This document shows positions 17,935 to 28,619 of a stretch of 28,619 bases of DNA, piece by piece. The notes beneath the pieces were generated by a model, which saw nothing but the letters and a program-made list of their open reading frames with translations, was not told the DNA's origin and made no database searches. The stretch lies in NCBI GenBank assembly GCA_044224875.1, contig JBGAJQ010000068.1:1-28619 (forward strand), written 5' to 3'. Within the stretch, counting starts at the first letter, position 1. Every line of letters starts with the position of its first letter. The stretch is from Gemmatimonadaceae bacterium (lineage in GTDB: Bacteria > Gemmatimonadota > Gemmatimonadetes > Gemmatimonadales > Gemmatimonadaceae). The translations under genes were made by a program, and so were the position numbers.

Positions 17935-18879
17935 ATGCATATCAAGAATCTCTTCTGCTCAACGCGCTCCACCCTCGGACTTCTTCTTGTCCTCTCGAGT
18001 GCTTGCTCCGATTCGCCCACCGCTGCCCCTCGCGTTTCGAGTGACAGCGCCGCGCGTGCTGGCACGGCCGCGAATCGAGCTCTCACGGCTCGTGTCATCG
18101 GCGACCTCGAGCATCGAACATCCGGCCGCAACCGGGTAGTCGAATCCGTGACTGTCGCGACCTCCGACGGGCGCAAGGAGACGTTGGACCTCACGACACT
18201 GGCCGGCCGGCTGCGAGGCAGCCTGCAGTCTGGCGCCGCGCCCTTAATCGCTGATGATTCAGATCCGCTGCAGATCACAGGCGCGTCGTATGTCTACTTC
18301 CCCGACGACCATACCATGAGATCTGGAGCCACGACGATTTCAAACAAGACGGGTCTGACCAGCTACACCCACAACTCCACTGTCATGCTCTCCACCGGAA
18401 GCGGGCTCCTGCTTCGCACCGACAAGTACTCGGAGACCAAGAGCGTGTATGGCGGAATCTTCACGTCGACGTGGCCAGACATTACCCTTACCGGCGGCTG
18501 TGCATGGAACGGCGCTGAGACGACCGACCACTTGGCGAAGTACCCCGGCGGCACCATCGGCGCGCCGCAAATCATCACCAACCGCGCCACTGCTGCGTCA
18601 GCCTCGCAGGCTTCGTTGATCGTCGCCAGCTGCAGACCCACACGCGTGGATACCGTCAAAGCACCGGACAGTCCTCCATGCGAGGACATGTCCACCTGCA
18701 CCGCACCCGGTGGAGGAGGTGGTCCGCCGGGCGGGCAACCTCTCCCACACGAAATCACGATCTCTTCGGGAGGCGCTCTCACTCCCAAGACGGTCACCGT
18801 CTGCTATGTCACCGACTGGTTCGTGAACGGTGCTTGGGTCGAGACGGTGGTCGACTTCTGTCGACAGGAGACTCGGTAG
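17935..18879 (+). CDS. Hypothetical Cys-rich lipoprotein
   Basis: SD GAGGAG (17924-17929); signal ...TLGLLLVLSSAC-SDSPTA (lipoprotein-like); six further Cys; Gly/Pro linker; C-terminal TVCYVTDWFVNGAWVETVVDFC. Confidence 0.75.
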   Translation: MHIKNLFCSTRSTLGLLLVLSSACSDSPTAAPRVSSDSAARAGTAANRALTARVIGDLEHRTSGRNRVVESVTVATSDGRKETLDLTTLAGRLRGSLQSGAAPLIADDSDPLQITGASYVYFPDDHTMRSGATTISNKTGLTSYTHNSTVMLSTGSGLLLRTDKYSETKSVYGGIFTSTWPDITLTGGCAWNGAETTDHLAKYPGGTIGAPQIITNRATAASASQASLIVASCRPTRVDTVKAPDSPPCEDMSTCTAPGGGGGPPGGQPLPHEITISSGGALTPKTVTVCYVTDWFVNGAWVETVVDFCRQETR

Positions 18880-18971
18880 CCATCGGCGACCGCGCGCGAG
18901 CTCGTCTCTAGTGCCCGCGCCTGTAGTTGATGGCGGGCGGTGAGCCGCCAAGGTCAGCTGATGATGTGGTC

Positions 18972-19006
18972 AGAACGGAGCCGCCCTTCAAGGGCGACTC
19001 CGTTCT
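18972..19006 (+). terminator. Intrinsic terminator after the Cys-rich lipoprotein gene
   Basis: AGAACGGAG-C-CGCCCT-TCA-AGGGCG-A-CTCCGTTCT (16-bp stem, one mismatch), followed by TCGTTT. Confidence 0.7.
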
Positions 19007-19214
19007 TCGTTTGAGAGGCCAGCCAGATGTCTCCGCCAAGGACCTCGAGATCCGAGTCGCTCGGGTACGCGACAAATGTCGAGTTCCGCCGCTTGCTTGA
19101 GCTCGAGGCCAAGCGGCTCTAACGTTCGGGAGCTTCCGGAGCGACCGCACGTGTTCGGCACCTCAATCGCCACAGCCGAGCCGCCGGACCCACCACAATC
19201 GAACCGCTACCCAC

Positions 19215-21521
19215 ATGCTCGGACGTTCCTGGATGCGCCACGTTGCGCCGTTGATCGTCGCAATCGCTGCGTCGTGCCCCGTCACAGCTTCGGCGCAGGT
19301 CGCGTCCACGGCCGCGCGCGCGCAATCCCGCGAACGACGCTTCGTCGACTCCGTCCTCAAACGCCTTACGCTCGCCGAGAAGCTCGGCCAGCTCAACCAA
19401 GTTTCGGGAGCGGGAGCTGCCACCGGTCCAGGCGGCCTGCCGGCGCGCGCTGACGCCATTCGGCGCGGCGACATCGGCTCGATCTTCAACGTCGTCGGCG
19501 CCGACAGCACGCGGGTGCTCCAACGCATCGCGGTCGAAGAATCGCGGTCGCACATCCCGCTCGTCTTCGGGCATGACGTCATCCATGGGTTCCGGACCAC
19601 CTTCCCCGTACCGCTGGCAGAGGCCGCCAGCTTCAACCCCGCCGTCGCCGAACGTTCGGCGCGCGTCGCGGCAACCGAGTCGGCAGCCAATGGACTCCAC
19701 TGGACCTTCGCCCCCATGGTCGACATCGCCCGCGACCCGCGTTGGGGTCGCGTGGTCGAGGGCGCAGGTGAAGACGTCTACCTAGGCAGTGCCATCGCCG
19801 CCGCACGCGTGCGCGGGTTACAGGGCACGAACCTTCGCGCCCCCGACGCGATCGCCGCCACGGCCAAACACTTCGTCGCCTATGGCGCCGCTGAGGGCGG
19901 ACGCGACTATAACGTGGCCGACATCTCCGACCGCACACTGCGCGAAGTGTACCTGCCACCCTTCCGCGCCGCCGTCTGCTCCGGTGCCGCCACCGTCATG
20001 GCCAGCTTCAACGAGGTCGGCGGCATCCCCGTTCACGTCGATCGTCACCTGATCACCGACCTGTTACGCGGGGAATGGGGCTTCGACGGCATGGTGGTGA
20101 GCGACTGGACGGGCATCGGCGAACTGCTCAGCCACGGGATTGGCCCGGATAGTGGAGCCGTCGGCAAGGCGGCCCTTGAAGCAGGCGTGGACATGGACAT
20201 GGTGAGCGAGATCTATCGTTCGAGCCTTCCCGCGCTCGCGCGTAGCGGACGCCTCTCCATGGCAACGATCGATGCCGCCGTCAGGCGAGTGCTGGAATTC
20301 AAGTATCGGCTCGGACTCTTCGACAATCCGTACCGCTCGTCGGACACGGCGCGCGCACGCACGTTGACGCTGAACGCCGAGCAACGCGCCACCGCCCGCG
20401 AGGTGGCTCGCCAGTCGATCGTGCTGCTCAAGAACCAGGGGAGCGTGTTGCCGCTGCGGAAAGACATCGGCACCGTTGCCGTCATTGGCGCGCTCGCCGC
20501 TGACACCGGCGCCGTACTCGGCAACTGGACAGCCCTCGGTCGGGCGAATGACGCCGTCTCCCTGCTCGACGGTATCCAGCGCGCGGTTACACCGAGCACG
20601 ATGGTGCTGTACGCGCGTGGTGCCTCCCCCGAGAGCAGCGATACCAGCGATTTCGCTGAGGCGGTGAGCGTGGCACGTCGCGCCCAGGCCGTGGTGCTGG
20701 TGATCGGGGAGACGCCGGCCATGAGCGCAGAGGCCGCGAGCCGGGCGTCGCTCGACCTGCCGGGGGCACAGTTGCAACTGGCGGAAGCACTCCAGGCCAC
20801 CGGGGTGCCGATGGTGGTCGTGCTGATGAACGGCCGCCCGCTCACCATTCCCTGGCTCGCCGAGCACGTGCCCGCCATCCTCGAGACGTGGTACCTGGGC
20901 ATCGAGGCAGGCACCGCGACCGCCGACGTGCTGTTCGGAGACTACAATCCCGGTGGCAAGCTTCCTATCACCTTCCCGCGCGTGACCGGGCAGGTGCCGA
21001 TTTACTATGCCCACAAGAACACCGGCCGGCCGCCATCCGAGGGCAATAAGTACACGTCCAAGTACCTGGACGTGCCGTGGACGCCGCTCTACCCGTTCGG
21101 TTACGGATTGAGCTATACCACCTTCACCGTCAGCGCGCCGCGACTGGATCGCGAGACCATGCAAAGCGGCGACGCGCTTCATGTCGACGTCACCGTGTCG
21201 AACACCGGCAAGGTTGCAGGTGACGAGGTCGTGCAACTCTACGTACGCGACGATGTGTCGACGGTGACGCGGCCGGTGAAGGAGCTTCGCGGGTTCCGGC
21301 GCGTGTCGCTCAAGGCCGGCGAATCGACGACGGTGCAGTTCGTGCTGACGAACCAGGACCTCGCCTTCTACGATGCCAGCATGCGGCGCATTGTCGAACC
21401 GGGCACGTTCACGGTCTTCGCAGGCTCGAGTTCGGACGACGTGCGCGAGGCGCGGTTCACCCTGCTGACACCCGCCGGCCGGGTGGTGCCGGTGCCGGAC
21501 GGGTGTGCGAGGTACCGTTAG
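19215..21521 (+). CDS. bglX: Periplasmic/secreted GH3 beta-glucosidase
   Basis: LTLAEKLGQL, DVIHG, WTFAPMVDIARDPRWGR..EGAGED, KHFVAYG, nucleophile VSDW, GH3_C domain (SIVLLKN, PLYPFGYGLSYTTF) and FnIII-like tail (GDEVVQLY..RPVKELRGF). Alternative start ATG 19233. Confidence 0.95.
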   Translation: MLGRSWMRHVAPLIVAIAASCPVTASAQVASTAARAQSRERRFVDSVLKRLTLAEKLGQLNQVSGAGAATGPGGLPARADAIRRGDIGSIFNVVGADSTRVLQRIAVEESRSHIPLVFGHDVIHGFRTTFPVPLAEAASFNPAVAERSARVAATESAANGLHWTFAPMVDIARDPRWGRVVEGAGEDVYLGSAIAAARVRGLQGTNLRAPDAIAATAKHFVAYGAAEGGRDYNVADISDRTLREVYLPPFRAAVCSGAATVMASFNEVGGIPVHVDRHLITDLLRGEWGFDGMVVSDWTGIGELLSHGIGPDSGAVGKAALEAGVDMDMVSEIYRSSLPALARSGRLSMATIDAAVRRVLEFKYRLGLFDNPYRSSDTARARTLTLNAEQRATAREVARQSIVLLKNQGSVLPLRKDIGTVAVIGALAADTGAVLGNWTALGRANDAVSLLDGIQRAVTPSTMVLYARGASPESSDTSDFAEAVSVARRAQAVVLVIGETPAMSAEAASRASLDLPGAQLQLAEALQATGVPMVVVLMNGRPLTIPWLAEHVPAILETWYLGIEAGTATADVLFGDYNPGGKLPITFPRVTGQVPIYYAHKNTGRPPSEGNKYTSKYLDVPWTPLYPFGYGLSYTTFTVSAPRLDRETMQSGDALHVDVTVSNTGKVAGDEVVQLYVRDDVSTVTRPVKELRGFRRVSLKAGESTTVQFVLTNQDLAFYDASMRRIVEPGTFTVFAGSSSDDVREARFTLLTPAGRVVPVPDGCARYR

Positions 21522-21573
21522 GCGATCGCGGCCATCCTAGTTCCATCAGCCGTTGAACCGCAGACGTCGCTCC

Positions 21574-22686
21574 CTAGTCGCACCCCGACTTCTGCCACAG
21601 CACGGCGCGTTCGATCGTCGGCGCGTATCGCCCGTCGCGGGAATCGTCATTCGCCACGAAGCCGGCGACACTCCCACAGCGATGCGCGCCCACTGCAACC
21701 CCGAAGAACGTTCCGATGGGCATGGGCAGCAATTCGGCGACGCCACCATAAGAGGTCGCCGGACGCCGCCCGACGATCGCTCCACCGACATACGTGTAGA
21801 TGCTGCCGGTGACCCTTCCACGTTCTGTGATGGCCTGTGCGGTTCCATCGCCCGGCCATGAAACCAGGGTCGGTACACCTGCGGTCCACGTAATCGGCCG
21901 AGTTCCAGGTGCAAGAAAGTCGTTCCCCAGAATGGTACCACCGCCGTTGATATCGACAGCGGATGCCACCGATCGGAGTGGTGGGAGCGTGGAGTATCCA
22001 CCAACAAGAGTCCACCGCGCGGCACGTGTTCCGGTCGCGCTGCTCGTCCCCGCCTGGCCAACGACGACGCCGCCAGCATCGTTGATGGCTTCTGCGACGG
22101 AGTACGGCAGGCCGGCCGCACCAAGAAGTTGGTAGCCGAGTGTCTCCGACCACTTGAAGGCCTCATAGTGGCCAGAAACGGAATTGAAATGCTGGCCAAC
22201 CACCACACCTGTGGGCGTGATGTCATTGGGAATCACGTTCTCGACGAGTGCGCCGGATGCGTCGCGAATGAGTGCAAAGGTGCCGTCGGCGCGACGCGCC
22301 CACCCAACCATCTGGCCACCGATCCGCGCGTACCCGGCGACGCGTCCCCCGGTCGCAACAGCCGTCGCGTAGGTAAGCGTCGAGCCTGGCGGAAGGACTC
22401 GTGACGCGACACCTCCGAACCATTCGAACGCATCGCCTGAGCTACAATATCCGACGATGCGGCCGTCATCGGACATCGCCATGGCAACCGAGCGCGTGCA
22501 GAATGGAATGGACAGCATCTGCGTCGTCCACGTCGTCGCAGGCACGACGCCCATGTTTGCGCCCAAACCCTCCATGGTCGCGCGAGCACCCGTTGCATCT
22601 GCGCACGCACAAATAAGCCCCACCAGTACAGAGCACTGGATGAGCCTGCCCGTTCCCAACGAACCTCGCCTCACGCCACGCACCAT
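21574..22686 (-). CDS. Lipoprotein with divergent HAF-like extracellular repeats
   Basis: SD GAGGT before ATG 22686; lipobox-like ICAC; repeats AMAMSDDGRIVG, PNDITPTGVVVG, EAFKW, AEAINDAGGVVVG, AVDINGGGTILG and RAVLW. Confidence 0.8.
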   Translation of the reverse strand: MVRGVRRGSLGTGRLIQCSVLVGLICACADATGARATMEGLGANMGVVPATTWTTQMLSIPFCTRSVAMAMSDDGRIVGYCSSGDAFEWFGGVASRVLPPGSTLTYATAVATGGRVAGYARIGGQMVGWARRADGTFALIRDASGALVENVIPNDITPTGVVVGQHFNSVSGHYEAFKWSETLGYQLLGAAGLPYSVAEAINDAGGVVVGQAGTSSATGTRAARWTLVGGYSTLPPLRSVASAVDINGGGTILGNDFLAPGTRPITWTAGVPTLVSWPGDGTAQAITERGRVTGSIYTYVGGAIVGRRPATSYGGVAELLPMPIGTFFGVAVGAHRCGSVAGFVANDDSRDGRYAPTIERAVLWQKSGCD

Positions 22687-22837
22687 GGTTGCACCTCTAG
22701 AAGCCGGGGGAGTGTTGCTCCTGCAAGGTCGAGACCCCGAAAAGCAACGACGGCGTACTCGTCGCGAACGCATCGCGACGCCTTGGTCCATCGTAATGTT
22801 TGTCCGTGACGGAAGTCGAAGGCAAGGCCAAGACGCA

Positions 22838-22867
22838 CGAAGGGCCGCCCGTGTGAGCGGCCCTTCG
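22838..22867 (-). terminator. Intrinsic terminator of gyrA
   Basis: Perfect 11-bp inverted repeat CGAAGGGCCGC/GCGGCCCTTCG with an 8-nt loop, 22 nt after the gyrA stop. The minus-strand tail TTCGTGCGTCTT is moderately U-rich. Confidence 0.75.
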
Positions 22868-22889
22868 CCATGTCGACCTGAACTGTAGC

Positions 22890-25412
<2,523 letters not shown>

Positions 25413-25652
25413 GGACGCGTTTTGGAGGGTCGAAACGGCCCCGCTGGGGCGACCTTAAAACGTAGCCGCGAGGTACCCGAAAATCAACCGCTGTGCCAGA
25501 TTCTAAGTTGTTATATCCGAATTACTTGCAGCGTGACGAATGGGAGGAGTCCGAGGCCGTCGGGATATGGTGTGGATGGTGAATTGTTCGGCCTGTATTC
25601 GGGGCACTCCTATGGCGTCTCAGCGATCGCCGACCAGCCAGAACGCGTTCTG

Positions 25653-28288
25653 CTACTCCTCCCGCAGCGTGAGCGCGGGATCGGCGCGAGTGGCTCGCCA
25701 CGCCGGGAACAGGGACGCTGCCATGGCCACGGCGCCAAGCACCACCGCCGCTGCGGCAAAGGCCTGAGCATTCCACGGCTCAACGTCGTACAGCAGGCCA
25801 CGCAGGGTGCGGGTCGTCGCCGCCGCTCCCGCCAGCCCCAAAACGAGGCCAATCAACGTTAAGCGTGCACCTTCACCGAGGACGAGTCGGAGCAATCCAT
25901 GGGGCGACGCTCCCAACGCCAGACGAATCCCCATTTCACGCGCCCGCTGGCTCACCGAAAACGCGATGACTCCGTAGAGGCCGGCCGCCGACAGCAACAG
26001 GCCAAGCGCCGCGAAGGACGTCAGGAGAACGACATTGAACCGGGGTCGCGCGAGTTCGCGTTCCAGGAGGTCAACACTGCGCACGAGCTGCCGGACGCGC
26101 ACCACCGGATCCACGGACGCCGTCGCCCGCACGATGGCCGTGTAGAGCGCCGCGGCGTCGCCTCGGTATCGCAGGGCCAGCACCTCTCCTTCGAATTCCC
26201 CGGTGAACGGACCATAGAGCTGCAGCGATCGCACGATGTCCGCGGTTCCCGTATTGGGGATCGTCACGTCGGATACAACCGCGGCCACCGTCATCCAAGC
26301 CCCGTCACCAAGGCGAAAGCGCCGCCCAACGGCGCTGGTCCCTGGCCAGTACTTCCGCGCGAACCGCTCGTTGATCGTCACCGCATGCAGCGCCGTGTCC
26401 GGGGACATCGCGTGGCCTTCGCGAAGGGTAAGCCCCACGACGCGGAAATACTCGGGGGTCACGGCGTTGTAGCCGACGAGGGACACCTTGTCCGCCGCGG
26501 AGAGTATCCGCCCTTCCACCTCCAGATCGCCGAAGGCGACTCCTGTCCGCGGTGGTACCCCTTCGCACCATGCCGCCAGCTCAACACCCGGAATCGCGCG
26601 CACCTGCTCGAGAATTCGTTGTAACGCTTCCTCCCGGTCCCGTGGCGTGGGGTAGCGTTCCAGTGGAAGTCGCACCTCCGTGGAGGCGAGCCCTTCCGGC
26701 TTGAATCCGATCGGGGCGGCTTGAAACCGGATCAGGGTCTGTAGCAGCAATCCCGCTCCGACGAGAAGCACTACCGAGAGTGCCACTTCGCCGACAATCA
26801 ATGCCCGACGGAGGCCCCCCGCGCCACGCTCTCCCGACGTCGTCCGCCCCGTCCCTTTAAGGGCGCCGCCGAACGATTCTCTTGCGGTGACGAGCGCCGG
26901 GGCGATGCCAAAGACGAGGCCCGTCAGCACAGAGATGACGAGGGTGAGGAAGAGTATCCGTGGCTCCAGACGCACGGCCTCCAGCTCATCGAGATACTGG
27001 GGCCGGAGTGCGACGATGAGCGCCAAGGCTCGCCAGGCGATGAAGACGCCAGCGCTCCCGCCGGCGACGGCCAGCAGGACACTCTCGGCCAGCACCTGAC
27101 GCAGTACCCTCCAGCGTCCAGCGCCTAACGCCGAGCGTATGACGAATTCTCGTTGCCTGACGAGGGCACGCGCCACCAGGATGTTGGCAATGTTTGCACA
27201 CGCGATGAGCAGGACGATCGACACCGCTGCCAGGAGCACCAGCAGGAGGTCACGTGTGCCCTCACCCAGGTAGTCTTGCGGCCGTTTGGCCACCGCGTCC
27301 CACATCGCATACGACTTGTTCGACTCGGCGAGCGCCCTGAGCACCGATCGCAACTCACGCTCCAATTCCGTCGACGTCAGGCCGGCCCGTAGTTTGCCAA
27401 TGGCCATGCTGGTGCCGTCGGGACTCTCGATTTCCGGCAGCCAGAGTTGCGCGACGCCCGCTGAAATGAACGGCACGCGAAAGTCCGCGGGAAGAACGCC
27501 CACGATCGTGGCTGCTTTGCCGTCCACCTGGATTTGCTGACCAAGGGCGCTCCTCGAACCACCAAATCGCCGGCGCCACAGCCCATACCCAGGTATGGCC
27601 ACAGGTGGCCGCCGACCTTCGTCTCTTCCGAAAGAAAGCTCCGTCCCAACGACATTCGCCCCAGCAGGTGCAGCGCGTTCGTCGAGAACGATCCCGCATG
27701 CAGACTCTCCACGTCGCCGGATTGTGGGTCCGTCAGCATCACCTCGCGCCCACCGACCGTCGCGATCTCCTCCAGCGCAGGCACGCCAGCACGCCACTGC
27801 CTCACGAGCTCCATCGTGGGCGCAACGAACGCTGCTCCGCTTCGATCCGCTCGCATGAGGCTGTAGATGCGGTCTCCGTCAGGCCCCTCGACCGGATGCA
27901 GCAGCAGCCGATCTACCACGCTGAACGTTGCCGTCGTTGCACCGATGCCAACACCCAGCATCAGCACGATGAGCGCCGTGGTACCCGGGCTGCGCGAGAA
28001 GTGTCGAACGGCGTGAGTGAGGTCGAATCGCAAGTCCGCCAACCAGCTACTGCGCCGGCGTGCGCGCTCGACTTTCGCATCGGTGCGGCGACAATAGTCC
28101 CGTGCCTCGGCGACGCGGCCGAATCGTCGAATGGCTTCGCTCCGGGCGGCCTCCGGTTCCAGACCCCGGGCTTCCAACTCCGCTGCACGCATGTCCAGGT
28201 GAAACGCAAACTCCGCGTCCACCTCTTCGGCGATTTGCGATGCGTTCCGCCACGGCAGGCGTATGAGGCGACGAAGTTTCGGCAGCAT
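25653..28288 (-). pseudogene. ADOP-type (duplicated MacB_PCD/FtsX) ABC permease with N-terminal permease-prefix domain; single-base frameshift near 27607-27610 (true pseudogene or read error)
   Basis: The frame from ATG 28288 gives EEVDAEFAFHL..EARGL..EAIRRFG, DLTHAVR..SPG..LGVGIGATTATFSVV..LL.P and LGRSFLSEE. The other frame (ORF 25653..27797) continues PPVAI..GLWRRRFGG, LLIACANIANIL, REFVIRSALGAGR and REMGIRLALGA..ADPALTLREE. One extra base restores about 878 aa. Confidence 0.88.
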
Positions 28289-28619
28289 CAGGCGGTCTCC
28301 AGCGCGGCAAAGATCGCCTTGGCATAGGTACGCCAGTTCTCCGCTTCGTCTCGGAGCTGGCGCCGGCCGCGTGTCGTGAGGCGATAGAATTTCGCCTTGC
28401 GATTGTTCTCGGAAACGCCCCACTCGGAGTCGATCGATCCCGACGCTTCAAGACGATGCAAAGCCTTGTACAGCGCCGCGTCCTCGATCTGAAGCACGTC
28501 TCGCGTGCTCGACTCGATCCACCGCGTGATCCCGAAACCATGTGTGGGTCCCCAGGAAACCGCCTTGAGCACGAGCATGTCGAGCGTGCCGTGCAACAGG
28601 TCACTTGGTTCACGCGCCA
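28288..28619 (-). CDS. PadR family transcriptional regulator (Acidobacteria/Gemmatimonadota type); first base of the start codon is just off-window
   Basis: (M)AREPSDLLHGTLDMLVLK..GPTHGFGI..IEDAALYKALHRLE..SEWGVSENNRKAKFYRLT..GR. The stop overlaps the permease start (TGATG, 28286-28290). Confidence 0.95.
   Translation of the reverse strand, partial: AREPSDLLHGTLDMLVLKAVSWGPTHGFGITRWIESSTRDVLQIEDAALYKALHRLEASGSIDSEWGVSENNRKAKFYRLTTRGRRQLRDEAENWRTYAKAIFAALETA

Noticed and set aside
18958..19010. CTGATGA followed by a hairpin (hammerhead ribozyme core?)
   Set aside because: No GAAA after a stem II and no stems I/III; the hairpin is explained as a terminator.
20064..21236. 390-aa antisense ORF
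   Set aside because: Shadow of bglX.

Overview
A GC-rich bacterial window, most likely Gemmatimonadota. The taxon is inferred from the PadR + ADOP-permease pair, the TPR Ser/Thr kinase and the HAF/RCC1/Ig lipoproteins, not shown directly. Left to right: a 5'-truncated membrane Ser/Thr kinase with TPR repeats (+); a secreted CocE/NonD hydrolase (-); a translationally coupled CaiC-like acyl-CoA ligase / enoyl-CoA hydratase / APC permease operon (-); a frameshifted Ig + RCC1 lipoprotein (-); a stand-alone ParB/Srx-domain protein (-); a HAF-repeat + PKD lipoprotein (+); an S9 peptidase (-); two uncharacterised exported proteins, a beta-propeller-like protein and a Cys-rich lipoprotein (+); GH3 beta-glucosidase BglX (+); a second HAF-like lipoprotein (-); gyrA without gyrB (-); and a PadR + frameshifted ADOP permease pair (-) at the right edge. 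I found no rRNA, tRNA, CRISPR array or mobile element. No novel system can be proven from sequence alone. The best candidates are (i) the 16.0-19.0 kb accessory locus (11-bp-phased repeats, a strong-SD small ORF, propeller + Cys-rich lipoprotein), (ii) the orphan ParB-like NTPase, and (iii) the ligase/hydratase/APC/CocE catabolic cluster. The two frameshifts may be read errors.
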